Part shown: one piece after another, positions 24,746 through 37,860 of the stretch | Numbering within the stretch: the first letter of the stretch is position 1 | Layout: each line of letters opens with the position of its first letter | Assembly: GCF_963921235.1 (NCBI RefSeq) | Contig: NC_086108.1 | Span: 101,806,001-101,870,000, forward strand | Reading direction: 5' to 3' | DNA: 64,000 nt | Origin: Mobula hypostoma | Lineage: Eukaryota | Notes under the pieces: model-generated | What the model saw: only the letters and a program-made list of their open reading frames with translations | What the model was told of the DNA's origin: nothing | Databases searched by the model: none | Made by a program: the position numbers and the translations under genes

Positions 24746-24781
24746 AGTCCTGACGAAGGGTCTCGGTCCGAAACGCCAACT
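24746..24781 (+). ncRNA. Minimal hammerhead ribozyme motif (Penelope pLTR)
   Basis: AGTC-CTGACGA-AGGGTCTCGGTCC-GAAA-CG-CC-AACT; core intact, cleavage triplet GTC changed to GCC. Confidence 0.7.
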
Positions 24782-24845
24782 GTACCTCTTCCTAGAGATG
24801 CTTCCTGGCCTGCTGCATTCACCAGCAATTTTTATGTGTGTTGCT

Positions 24846-25265
24846 AGGAGGAGGACATGGAAGATTGTCAGATCATTACAGAGTATGTTGATAACAAGAA
24901 GCATGAGGTGTCACATCACTTGAAGAGCATTAAGGTGGATAAATCTCCAAGAATAGGATCTATCCCAAATCATTGACAGAGGCAGGAACAGAGTTTTCTG
25001 GGGCCTTGATGGAGATCTTTGCATTCAGAAAAACTGGAGGGTAGTCATTATTGTTCTTTTGCTTAAGAATAGCAATTGGTAATCTGGCAAATTATAGGCA
25101 GGTGAGTCTCATAGTGATATTGAAGAAACTAGTGAATAGGATTCATAGGTTTAGGATTTATTCCTACTTGGAAAAATGTGGATTTATTAGGTCAGTGAGT
25201 ATGGCTTTGGGCAGAGCAGAATATGTCTTATAAATTTGACTGAGTTTTTTGAGGAGGTGACAAAG
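24846..25265 (+). mobile_element. Degraded CR1 fragment
   Basis: IKVDKSP, NYRQVSL and NLTEFFEEVT remnants. Confidence 0.7.
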
Positions 25266-25267
25266 AT

Positions 25268-25462
25268 TTGTTTATTTAAATTTATTGTTGTTTCCTTATG
25301 CATTTGCACAGTTGGTTGTCTTCTGCACTCTGCTTGAAAGCACTAGTTTGTACATCATCACTATTCTATTGATTTATTGAGCATGCCCACAAGAATATGA
25401 ATCTCAGGGTTGTATATGGTGACATATATGTACTTTGATAATAAAATTCCTTTGATCTTTTG
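25268..25462 (+). mobile_element. Rex1-like 3'UTR (paralog of ~9480-9688)
   Basis: Shared GTACTTTGATAATAAAAT end and shared downstream flank. Confidence 0.65.
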
Positions 25463-25611
25463 AAAATCTGGTGAAGTGAATCATTTCAAATTAGATTGAA
25501 GCTGATTGAAAATGAAAAGAACATCTTATGCCCTTGGGAGAATTCCAGAATCTTACTGTCATTAGGTTACTCAAACTAATCCTTTATTTCTTTAAGGACT
25601 CCTGTCAAGGG

Positions 25612-27345
25612 AAAATCTTGTCTGATAAATCTGTTGAAATACTTTCCAGAAATAACAAACAGGATAGGTAAAGGAGAATTGGAAGGCCTCTGACAAGTTG
25701 TCACACATAAGGCTTGGAGCAAGATAAGCCCAAGATATTTCGGGAAACATACTAGCATTTGCTGATTGGCAGGAGGCAAAGAGTGGGAATAGTAAGGGAT
25801 CTTTTTCAAACTGTCCGCTGGTGACGTGTGGTGTTTCACAGGAGTCAGCATTCTGGCCGTTTCTTTTTATTTTGTATGCCAACAATTCGGATGATGAAGC
25901 TGATGGCTTTGTGGCCAAGTTGGTGAACAATATGAAGATGGGTATAGGGTAGGTAGTGTTGAGGTAGCAGAGAGGCTGCAGAACAATTTAGATAGATTAG
26001 GAGAATAGGCAAAGAAGTGATAGTTGGAAAACAGTGTCAGCAAGTGTATGGTCATCTACGTTGGTAGAAGGATTAAATGCACAGACTATTTTCTAAACAG
26101 GGAGAGAATTCAGCCAGATAATATTTCAACAGATTTATCAGACAAGATTTTCCCTTGAGAAATCAAGCTGACTGTAATCTTTAAAGAAATAAAGGATTAG
26201 TTTGTCTAACCTAATTACACTAAGAATCTGGAATTCTGCCAAGGGCATAAAATGTTCTTTTTCATTTTCAATCAGTTTCAATCTTACAGCTGTATAGGAC
26301 CCTGGTCAGACCTCACTAGGAGTACTGTGCTCAGTTCTGGTCACCACACAACAGAAAGGATGTGGAAACTATAGAAAGGGTGCAGAGGAAATTTACAAAG
26401 ATTTACAAAGATTGGGGAGCATGCTTTACGAGGATAGGTTGAGTGAACTTGGCTTTTTCTCCTTGGAACAACAGGGGATGAGAGGTGACCTGATAAAGGT
26501 GTATAAGATGATGAGAGGTATTGATCGTGTGGACATTCAGAGGCTTTTTCCCAGGACTGAAATGGCTATCACGAGAGGGCACAGTTGTAACGTGCTTGGA
26601 AGTAGGTACAGAGGAGATGTCGGGGTAAATTGTTTACACAGAGTGGTGAGTGCATGGAATGGGCTGCGAGTGACAGTGGTGGAGGCGGATACGATAGGGT
26701 CTTTTAAGATCCTCTTGGATAGGTACATGGACCTTAGAAGAATAGAGGGCTATGGGTAACCCTACGTAATTTCTAAAGTATGTACATGTTCGGCACAGCA
26801 TTGTGGGCCGAAGTGCCTGTATTGTGCTGTAGTTTTTCTATGTTTTTACGTTTCTAAAAATTTTAGGTGCAAAGGGATTTGGGAGTCCTTGTGCAGGATT
26901 CCCTAAAGAATAATTTGCAGGTTGAGTCAGTATTGAGGAAGACGAATGCAAAGTTAACATTCCTTTCAAGAAGACAAGAAAATTAAGGCAAGGATATAAC
27001 GCTGAGGCTGTATAAGGCACTGATGAGGCCTCACTTGGAGTATTATAAACAGTTTGGGGCACTTTATTTAAGAAAGTATTGATGGCTCTGGGCCTATATT
27101 CACTGGAATTCAGCAGAATGAGGGGTGACCTCATAGGAACCTATCAAATGTTGGAAAGCCATGATATAGTGGATGTGGAGAGGACATTTACCAATGTAGG
27201 AGATTCTAAGACCAGAGGACACAGCCTCAGAGTAGAGGGGCATCCTTTTAGAACAGAGATGAGGAAGAATTTCTTTGCACAGAGAGTGGTGAATCTGTGG
27301 AATTTTTTGCCACAGGCAGCTGTGGAGACGAAATCATTGGGTATA
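25612..27345 (+). mobile_element. Old CR1 RT fragment (paralog of 9835-10770) with an insertion at 26113-26856
   Basis: Colinear similarity to 9850-10770; ORF 27079-27360 is a CR1 C-terminus. Confidence 0.75.
26285..26856 (+). mobile_element. CR1 3' fragment
   Basis: ORF 26412-26759; TTTCTATG-like tail. Confidence 0.85.
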
Positions 27346-27660
27346 TTATTGAGAAAGTAAGGAGGCATGGGATCCAAGGGGACATTGCTTTGTGGATCCA
27401 GAACCAGGTTGCCCACAGAAGGCAAAGAGTGGTTGTAGACAGGTCATATTCTGCATGGAGGTCAGTGACCAGTGGTGTGCCTCAAGGATCTGTTCTGGGC
27501 ATCCTTCTTTGTGATTTTTATAAATGACGACTCTGCCTTCCGCCTGTGGACATGTAAGACACAGTTTCTTTCTGTCCGCCTTTAATCTCTCCCTTTTCCA
27601 ACTTAAATTTTGAAATTTTATCTTCATTCAGTCGGATTTTATAAAGCGACAGTCATAATT

Positions 27661-28426
27661 ATGTCTAACACAAGAAGCACCAAAAGAAATCCTGAAGCAG
27701 GCAACAGTAAGCCTAAAAAAGCTGTCGAGACTTCAGAGGAGCCACCCTGGGTAAGTAGATTAGAGTCTTAAATCAGCTATATCATTGCTGAATTAACTCA
27801 ACTAAAAGAAAGATTTCTCCCTTTGGAGGAAAAACTTGACTCTTTGAGCCTTGACCTTAAAGAGGTGAGTCAAATGTGGCTAATACTTCTTCTCGTCTGG
27901 AAAAGGCTGAACAACGGATCGTGGATTTGGAGGCTCACCTCGTTGGAACAACATTTGAATTGTTGGATTAAAAGAGAAATCAGAATCCAGCGACGCACTG
28001 GACTATTTTGCTAAGATGTTTCAATCTTTATTTCCGGAGGCTTGCCTGCAACCACCAGAGATTGAAATGGCTCATGGGGTTGGTGCTTTAAAATCCTTGG
28101 ATCAAACTAAAAGCAGGCATGTCGTTGTGCATTTTCTTCATTTTAGAGACAAAGACCTTATTATTAAGCTTGCAAGAAAACAAAGGTTGTTCAAATTTCC
28201 AATCTCTGAGATACGTTTCTTCGAAGATTTTCCACGTGAAATTGTTCAGAAACGTTTTGGATTCGCTGCCGTAATGCGTACGATTTATCAAAGACAGTTG
28301 CATCTGTCTCTTCAATACCCAGCTAAATTAAGGCTTTTCGTCAAAAATTCTGGGGTTCGTATTTTTGAGGACCCAGCTGATGCATTGCGTTTTATTAATT
28401 CTCTCCCTGAAGAGTCTGAAGCCTGA
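27661..28426 (+). pseudogene. L1 ORF1 (RNA-binding), disrupted
   Basis: EIEMAH, VVVHFLHFRDKD, IRFFEDF and LQYPAKL motifs typical of L1 ORF1 RRM/CTD. Confidence 0.8.
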
Positions 28427-29199
28427 AGTTTAAATGATTTACAATTGCTTGATTTTCTCCTAACGTAAGGAGTGATGAGATCAGAAGATTTGATGGGTAT
28501 AGAAAGTCATATAGAAATGTACTTTTATCTCTGAAATAGACTGGTTTAGATGGTTTTAACTTCAGAAGACATAACGAGGGAACTGTCGAAAGACTATAGA
28601 TAACTTTGAGCCATTTAGAATTTTTTTCTTTTTGCAGCATTTAAATGAACGAATTGCTTTTTCACTTTGTATGCTTTTGCTAAGAACTTTTAAGTAATTA
28701 TTTGGGTTTCTTTATGTTTTAAAGATAGATTTAATAATTTAAAGATGGTGATTGTTTTTCTCCTGAGCAAATATTTCAAGAATTTTTTTTGAATTTTTTT
28801 TTTCCTTATCTAATATTATGAAGGTTACTTTCAAAACTGCAGGTCGTTTCTAATAATTGTTCTTTTCAACACAATTGTAATGAGCTGTATATCGACTGTA
28901 ATGAGTTGTATATCTGCAAGAGGAATACAGGGATTACTCTTTCAATTTTAACCTTTTATTCAGGCAGGTGGAGTTTATAACTGCTTCTTATGCATTCTTT
29001 GGGGCTTGTGTCGATTGATATCGACTTATTTCCGAGCTTTGTAGGTTGGGTGGGTTTTCTCCTTTTTTCACTTCTTATTTTCTATCCCCATTATGGAATT
29101 CCAGAGCGTATGCAAATTATTATTATTGTTGTTTATCTCCGCCATGCTCGATTACCTTATCCTGACATGCGTCTAACTACTTTCTTTAGATATAAAGTC

Positions 29200-31634
29200 T
29201 CATGATGATATTTAAATAGTTAAATGTTTTAATTTGGAATGTCTGTGGTTGGAATCATCTTATTAAGTGTAAGAAAACATTTAAAACTATTAACCAATTC
29301 CAACCTGGTATAATTTTTGCACAAGAGACACATATCAGGTTATATGATAAAAATTTATTTTTTTAATTTTGGAAGTATCCTCAGTTTCATGCAAATTCTC
29401 AAAGTAAAATTAGAGATGTTTACATTTTTATTGATTCCAATATTCCTTTCAATCAGGAGGATATTATATCTGATATCAATGGTAGATTTTTGATTGTTAA
29501 AGGAACAATTTACAATAGGAAAATGGTTTTGGTTAATATATATGGACGAAATGCTGATGGTCCCTCATTCTTTAAAAATGTTTTTGCTCTATTACCTGAT
29601 CTAAATGAATATATGTTATTAATGGGTAGTGATTTTAATACTTGTTTAAATCCTTAAATAGATAAGTCATCATCCAAACATCAACTTCCCAATTGCTCTG
29701 TTTCACTTATTAATTCCTTTTTAATAATTTTAATGTGGATTCAAATGATCTATAAGAATCCTATTGCTACTGTTATTACTAATAATTTCAAGTCTCGTTT
29801 TTTTCACTCTCATGAGGTACTAGACAGGGATGTCCATTAAGTCCTTTATTATTTAATTCTTGTACTGGAGCCTTTGGCTATAATACTCCATGAAGCTAAA
29901 AATATTCATGGTATCTCTATAAATGGGACCACACATAAGATTTTTCTTTACGCAGATGATCTTTTGGTTTATATTTTGAACCCTGGAGAATCTATTCCTA
30001 ATCTTTTGGAATCATTAAATGATTTTGGAAAATTTTCAGGATATAAACTTAACTTAAATGAAAGTGAATTGTTTCCATTAAATGCTCCTGTTTTTAAATA
30101 TAACAATATTCCATTTAGAATTGTGAATTCTTTTAAATATTTAAGCATTATCATTACTAAAAAATATAAAGATCTTTATAAAGCTAATGTAGTTCCTTTA
30201 CTGGACTCTATGAAACAATTATTTTCTAGATGGAACCCACTTACACTTTCTTTAATAGGTCGTATTCATGCCGTAAAAATGATGATTTTACCTAGATTTT
30301 TATATATTTTTCAAAATATACCTATCTTTTTAACTAAAATTTTTTGATCAAATTGACTCTATTATTTTGTCCTTTATTTGGAATAATAAAAAAACAAGAA
30401 TTAATAAATATCATTTACAAAAATCTAAAAAAGATGGTGGACTTTCACTACCTAATTTAAGATTGTATTATTGGGCTGTTAATATTTGACAATAATCATT
30501 TTGGCTATATTGGCTCGATAAGAGCCAAAAACCAGTTTGGATTGATTTCAAATTAAAAGCTATCAAACAATTTCATTTAACCTCATTATTAGGAGCTCCG
30601 TTACCTTTACAACTTGCTAAAATTCCAGATTTAAATCTCTGCCCTATTATTAAACAGTCCTTACGGATTTGGTTTCACTTTCGCAACTCTTTTAATTTTA
30701 AACAATTTAAATTGTCTAGCTCTTTATATCGAAATTTTCTATTTAAACCATCATTAACCGATCCAATTTTTCTCTAATGGAGAAATAACAGGATCTGTTC
30801 TTTTGCAGATTTATTTTGTGGTGGTCGATTGATGACTTTTGAAGAGTTGATTAGTAAATATTCTCTCTCAGACACATTTCCTGCAATATTTTCAGGTTAG
30901 ACATTTTTTACAAAAATACTTACCTAAGTTTCCGTATATGCAAGAATCTGATTTGTTGGATACTATTTTAAATATGAATCCTTTAGTGAGAGGTTCCATT
31001 GGTAGAATTTATCATTTATTTTTACTACAAAAAGATAATCTCTCACTAAAGATTAAACAAGATTGGGAGAGAGAACTTAATATGACCTTTGTTAATGAAG
31101 ATTGGTTGCGAGTTTTGAAAATGATCAATTCTTCTTCGATATGTGCCAATCAGTGTTTAGTTCAATTTAAAATTGTTCACTGTTATTATTTAACAAAGGA
31201 GAGACTATACAAAATACTTCCTAACATAGACAACTATTGTGATAGGTGTAAACCTGAAGTAGCCACTTCGTCACATATGTTCTGGTCATGTTCTTCATTA
31301 AAATCCTTTTGGAAATCTTTATTTTCTACAATTTCTAAAGCTCTGAAAATTAATTTACAACTTAATGCATTGATTGTCTTTATTTGGAATAGTTCCGCAT
31401 CATATTCAGGGTATTTCATCTTCAGACCAACATGTAATTGCATTTGTCACATTGTTGGCAAAAAGAGCTATTTTATTGAAATGGAAAGATAGCTCTGTCT
31501 CTACATTGATTCAATGGTTTTCTCAAGTAATGGTATGTCTTAGCTTGGAAAAAATTAGAAGTAGAACTTTCGATCCTCGATTCGATTTTGAGAGAAGATG
31601 GGGCTCTTTTGCCAAATATTATCATTTAATTTGA
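29200..31634 (+). pseudogene. L1 ORF2 (APE-RT-CCHC), disrupted and internally deleted
   Basis: WNV.GW, QETH, DFN, YADD (ORF 29874-30347); C-terminal ORFs 30938-31634. Confidence 0.85.
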
Positions 31635-33514
31635 ATTAATTGATATGGTTTCCTTCCAATCTTATTTTATATAAATGTGAATTGGCAGTTGATAATTTTT
31701 CTTCTTTATATATATATATATATATATATAGATGATTGTAAGACGTATTGCTATGGGAGTTGGTTCCTAATGATTTTTTTCTCTTCTCTTCTTTTTTTTT
31801 TCTTTCTCTTGTAGTTACTGTTTCTTTTTTTTTTAGTAGTTGGAGTTCTCTTTTTCCTTTTCTTTATAAAAAATATTTTTACAATATCATATTTTATTCT
31901 TTTTTGATAAGTTTATTTTTCTTCAGCGTTATTCACTGTATGTATATATATATATATCAATTTGCTGAAATCTTGTACCATTTTAAAGCTGTAAAACATT
32001 ATATATCAATAAAAACATTTTTAAAATGAAATGAAATAAATGACCTGGATGAGGAAGTGGAGGGATGGGTACGTAAATTTGCTGATGACACAAAGGTTGG
32101 GGGTGTTGTGGATAGTGTAGAGGGCTGTCAGAGGTTGCAGCGGAACATTGACAGGATGCAGTACTGGGCTGAGAAGTGAGAGGTGGAGCTCAACCCAGGT
32201 AAGTGTGAAGTAGTTCATTTTGGTAGGTCAAATATGATGGCAGAATATAGTATTAATGATAAGAATCTTGGCAATGTGGAGGATCAGAGGGATCTTGAGG
32301 TCCATGTCCATAGGACGCTCAAAGCAACTGTGCAAGTTGACTCTGTGGTTAAGAAGACATACAATGTATTGGCCTTCATCAATCATGGAATTGAATTTAG
32401 GAGCCAAGAGGTAATGTTGCAGCTATATAGGACCCTGGTCAGACCCCACTTGGAGTACTGTGCTCAGTTCTGGTCACCTCACTACAGGAAGGATGTTGAA
32501 ACCATAGAAAGGGTGCAGAGGAGATTTACAAGGATGTTTCCTGGATTGGGGAGCATGCCTTATGAAAACAGGTTGAGTGAACTCGGACTTTTCTCCTTGG
32601 AGCGACGGAGGATGAGAGGTGACCTGATAGAGGTGTACAAGATAACGAGAGGCATTGATCGTGCGGATAGTCAGAGGCTTTTCCCCAGGGCTGAAATGGC
32701 TGCCACAAGAGGGCACAGGTTTAAGGCGCTTGGGAGTAGGTACAAAGGTAATATCAGGGATAAGTTTTTTACGCAGAGAGAAGTGAGTGCGTGGAATAGG
32801 CTGCCAGCAAAGGTGGTGGAGGCGGATACGATAGGGTCTTTTAAGATACTTTTGGATAGGTACATGGAGCTTAGAAAAATAGAGGGCTATGGGTAACCCT
32901 AATAATTTCTAAGGTAGGGGCATGTTTGGCACAACTTTGTGGGTTGAAGGGCCTGTATTGTGCTGTAGGTTTTCTATGTTTTAATATTTTATATCTTACA
33001 CTGTACTACTGCCACAAAATAACAAATGACACAACTTATGTCAATGGTAATGAATCTGATACAAACAGTTAATTAACAATGCATACAAACCCCCTCTCAC
33101 TCTCTCCGGAAATGCTTGTGTGCCCCTGGCAAGGTAATACATAACATTTATTATTACTTGCTCTTTACCTTGGAAATAACACGGATTGTGTGATGATGCT
33201 GTCAACATTTCCTATGAATTGTTACTGTTTCTTCAGCCTTGCTCACCTTACAATCCAAAGATGACGCAAGTGGCAAGTTGATTCCAGCAACCTTACCTCT
33301 TGATTGCTCCATCTGCATGCCATCAGCATGGTGCAAAATCATGATTTAAGGCCATAAGGCACAGGAGCAGAATTAGGCTCTTCAGCTCACTGAGCCTGCT
33401 CCACCATTCCATCATGGCTGGTTGATTACTCCTTTCAACCCTATACTCCTGTTTTCCCCCATAGCTTTGACACAATTACTAATCAAGAACCAATCAACCT
33501 ATTCTATAAATATA

Positions 33515-35013
33515 TAGCGTATCACGATTGGATTGCATTGGCGCTGGTTCCTGCACGCATGCTGAGCTCATTGACTTCCTTAACTTTGCCTCCAACTTTC
33601 ACCCTGCCCTCAAGTTTACCTGGTCCATTTCCGACACCTCCCTCCCCTTTCTAGATCTTTCTGTCTCTATCTCTGGAGACAGCTTATCTACTGATGTCTA
33701 CTATAAGCTTACAGACTCTCACAACTATCTGGAATATTCCTCTTCCCACCCTGTCTCTTGCAAAAAAGCCATCACCTTCTTGCAATTCCTCCGTCTCCGC
33801 CGCATCTGCTCTCAGGATGAAGCTTTTCATTCCAGAACAAAGGAGATGTCCTTCTTTTTTAAAGAAAGTGGCTTCCCTTCCTCCACCATTAATTCTGCTT
33901 TCAAATGCATCTCTCTCATTTCACGCACATCTACTCTCACTCCATCCTCCCGCCACCCCACTAGGGACCCCACCCTTGTCCTCACCTATCACACCACCAG
34001 CCTCCAGGTCCAACATATAATTCTCCTTAACTTCCACCACCTCCAACGGGATCCCACCACTAAACACATCTTTCCCACTCCCCCTCTCTTCGCTTTCTGC
34101 AGGGATCGCTCCCTACACGACTCCCTTGTCCATTCGTCCCCCCCATCCCTACCCACCGATCTCCCTCCCGGCACTTATCCTTGTAAGCAGAATAAGTGCT
34201 ACACATGCCCTTACACTTCTTCCCTCACTACCATTCAGGGCCCCAAACAGTCCTTCCAGGTGAGGCAAAACTTCACCTGTGAGTCAGCTGGGGTGATATA
34301 CTGTGTCCGGTGCTCCCAATGTGGCCTTCTATATGTTGACGAGACCCGACGCAGACTGGGAGACCGTTTCGATGAACACCTACGCTCTGTCCGCCAGAGA
34401 AAGCAGGATCTCCCAGTGGCCACACATTTTAATTCTACGTCCCATTCCCATTCTGATATGTCTATCCACGGCCTCCTCTACTGTAAAGATGAAGTCACAC
34501 TCAGGTTGGAGGAACAACACCTTATATTCCATCTGGGTAGCCTCCAACCAGATGGCATGAACATTGACTTCTCTAACTTCTGTTAATGCCCCACCTCCCT
34601 TTCGTACCCCATCTGTTATTTATTTGTATATATATATATTCTTTTTCTCCCTCTCCTTTGTCTCCCTCTCACTATACTCCTTGCCCATCCTCTGGGCTTC
34701 CCCCCACCCCCTTTCTTTCTCGCTAGGCCTCCCGTCCCATGATCCTCTCGTATCCCTTTTGCCAATCACCTGTCCAGCTCTTGGCTCCATCCCTCCCCCT
34801 CCTGTCTTCTCCTATCATTTTGGACCTCCCCCTCCCCCTCCCACTTTCAAATCTCTTACTAGCTCCTCTTTCAGTTAGTCCCGTCAAAGGGTCTCGGCCC
34901 GAAGCGTCGACTGTCCCTCTTCCCATATATGCTGCCTGGCCTGCTGCGTTCACCAGCAACTTTTATGTGTGTTGCTTGAAATTCCAGCATCTGCAGATTT
35001 CCTCATGTTTGCG
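33515..35013 (+). mobile_element. Penelope-like element, 5'-truncated
   Basis: 352-aa ORF 33528-34586 (FLDL thumb plus GVIYC..LYVDE GIY-YIG); TSD TCTATAAATATA (33503-33514) / TCTATAAGTATA (35014-35025). Confidence 0.92.
34877..34912 (+). ncRNA. Degenerate hammerhead ribozyme motif
   Basis: AGTC-CCGTCAA-AGGGTCTCGGCCC-GAAG-CG-TC-GACT; stems kept, core mutated. Confidence 0.5.
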
Positions 35014-35169
35014 TCTATAAGTATACCAAATGACTTGGCCTCCACTTGGTCTGCAGCTATCAGAGAAGTTCAATACTGACAATTTGTTTCCCCAGCATCC
35101 GGAGATAGGAAATTCAGTAATATGTGATTCATTGTGATTATACATGCTTGGTGAAATCCATGACTCCAA

Positions 35170-37860
35170 GACAATAGACAGTAGGTGCAGGAGTAGGCCA
35201 TTCGGCCCTTCGAGCCAGCACCGCCATTCACTGTGATCATGGCTGATCATCCACTATCAGTATCCAGTTCCTGCCTTATCCCCATAACAAGAGTTCTGTC
35301 TAATTTAAAATACCATTTTTACAGGTGTGTTTTCTTGAATAAAAAGAGAGGTTGTCCATTAGCTAATGTCTCACCATAAGAAATACTTAAGATGTGTACA
35401 TTTGCATAGCATCCCAGATCATAAGACATAGGAGCAGAATTAGACCATTCAGCCCATCGAGTCTTCTCTGCCATTCCATCATGGCTGATCCGGATTCCCA
35501 CTCATCCATATACACCTGCTTTCTCACCATATCCCATGATGCCTTGACCAATCAGGAAATGATCAACTTCCACCTTAAATATACCCAGAGACCTGGCTGC
35601 ACTGCAGTCTGAGGCAGAGCTCTCTGGCTAAAGACATTTCTCCTTACCTCTGTTCTAAAAGGTCGCTCCTTAATTTTGATGCTGTGCCCTCTAGTTCTGG
35701 ATACCCCTACCATCGGAAACATCCTCCCCACATCCACCTACCTGGTCCATTCAACATTCGGTAGGTTTCAATGAGATACCCCCTGCATTCTTTTAAATTC
35801 CAGTGAGTACAAGCCCGAAGCTCCCAAACGCTCCACATATGTTAACCCCAATGTGTAATATCATGATGCGTTATGTCCATAACACATTAGACATAGGTGA
35901 GGAATTATGCCATTTGACCCATCAAATTAGTTCTGCACCTGTGTCATTCCAGTGAGTACAGGCCCAAAACTGACAAACACTCCTCGTACGTTAACCCATT
36001 CTTTCCCAGAATCATCCTCGTGAATCTCCTCTGGACTCTCACCAATGACAATACATCCTTTCTGAGATATTGGTCTCAAAACAGTTGACAATACTCCGAG
36101 TGCTGCCTGACAAGTGTTTTATAAATGCTTAGCATTATCTCTTTGTTTTTATACTTTGTTCCCCTTGAGATAAATGCTAACATTGCAATTGCCTTCTTTA
36201 CCATAGACTTAACCTGTAAATTAACCTTCTGGGAGTCTTGCATGAGAACTCCCAAGTCCCTCTGCATCTCTAACGATTGAAGCTTCTCACCATTTAGATA
36301 TTAGTCCACACTATTGTTCCTTTTACCAAAATGCATTATCATACATTTTCTAACACTGTGTTCCATCTGCCCCTTTTTGCCCATTCTTCCAATGTGTCTA
36401 AGTCCAGCTACAATTGCATTGCCTCCTCAGAATGACCTACCCCTCCACTTACCTACATATCATCTGCAAACTTTGCCACAAAGCCACCAATTCCATTATA
36501 CTCTCTGGAATTTAGAGGATTGAGGGGTGATCTGATTGAAACATATAAATTTCTAAAGGGATTGGACAGGCTAGATGCAGGAAGATTGTTCCCGATGTTG
36601 GGGAAGTCCAGAACAAGGGGTCACAGTTTGAGTATAAAGGGGAAGTCTTTTAGGACCGAGATGAGGAAAAACTTCTTCACACAGAGAGTGGTGAGTCTGT
36701 GGAATTCTCTGCCACAGGAAACAGTTGAGGCCAGTTCACTGGCTATATTTAAGAGGGAGTTAGATATGGCCCTTGTGGCTAAAGGAATCAGGGGGTATGG
36801 AGAGAAGGCAGGTACAGGGTGCTGAGTTGGATGATCAGCCATGCTCGTATTGAATGGCGGTGCAGGCTCGAAGGGCCAGATGGCCTACTCCTGCACCTAT
36901 TTTCTATGTTTCTATTATCCAAATCATTATCAAACAATGTGAAAAGTAGCGTCCCAATACTGATGACTGATGAATATCACTAGTCATTGACAGTAAACCA
37001 GAAAAGGCCCCTTTTATTCCCACTCACTGCCTCCTGCCAGTCAGCCATTCCTCTATCTATGTCAGTATCTTTTCAATAATACCATAGGATTTTATCATGT
37101 TAAGCAGCCTCATATTTGGCACCTTATCTAACACCTTCTGAAAATCCAAGTAAATGACATCCACTGCCTCTCCTTTGTCCACCCTGCTTGTTACTTCCTC
37201 AAAGAACTCTAACAGATCTGTCAGGGAAGATTTCCCTTCACAGAAACCATGCTGACTTTGACTTGCGTTATCATAAGTTTCCAAGTATCTCGAAACCTCA
37301 TCCTTAATAATACACTCCAGCACGTTCCCAACCACTGAACTTAGGCTAACTGGCCTATAATTTCCCTTCTTTTGCCTTCCTCCCTTCTTAAAGAGTGGAT
37401 TAACATTGGCAATCATCCAGTCCTTCAGGAAAATGATTCTTGCAAGATCATTACCAATTCATTCATTATCTCTTCAGCAACCTCTCTCAGAACTTTGGGA
37501 TGTAGTCCATCTGGTCAGGCAGACATTCCCACCTTAAGACCCTTTAATTTGCCTAGCACTTTTTCCCTTTGTAATAACAATGGCACTCTCTCCTGCTCCC
37601 TGACACTCCATGACCTTTGGCACACTGCCAGTGCCTCTTCAATGCATCATGGACCCGACCCAGGAGGCAAAGCACCACCCTGGTGTTTCTTTTGAGGGGG
37701 TAGAATCTCCTTTCTGTCCCACCTACTGTCGAGTCCCTGATAACTATCACACTGCCTGAACTTCCCTGTCAAGGCTCCGAGCTGGCCACAGTGCTATCAG
37801 CCTGATTGCTGTTTCCATGATCTGACGGGTCATTCCCCTCCCACCCCCGACCAACAGTGA
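35170..37860 (-). mobile_element. Cluster of CR1 fragments (3' ends, RT, ORF1 remnant)
   Basis: ORFs 35552-35737, 36076-36267, 37057-37416 (QHGF, DFQK) and 37553-37750 (RDSTVGG, GDS-like). Confidence 0.8.
36503..36914 (+). mobile_element. Young CR1 3' fragment inserted in an older CR1
   Basis: ORF 36520-36825 nearly identical to the C-terminus of 57658-58275; TTTCTATG tail. Confidence 0.88.

Larger units (their letters stand above)
20690..24845 (+). mobile_element. Penelope-like retroelement (RT plus GIY-YIG), interrupted by a CR1
   Basis: VLSKGLTFVP, FYLQPKIHK, LYTSIP, GVAMGT and GIY-YIG motifs; sequence resumes at ~23213 after the CR1. Confidence 0.92.
27529..32035 (+). mobile_element. 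L1-clade LINE with internal deletion
   Basis: TSD ATAAATGAC (27520-27528, 32036-32044); L1-type ORF1, APE, RT (QGCPLSP, YADD), CDRC..HMFWSC knuckle; AATAAA and TGAAA tail. Confidence 0.92.
27346..32985 (+). mobile_element. 5'-truncated CR1 split by the L1 insertion (27346-27528, 32036-32985)
   Basis: VPQGSVLG before the insertion; INDLDE..FADD and ORF 32183-32896 after it. Confidence 0.9.
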
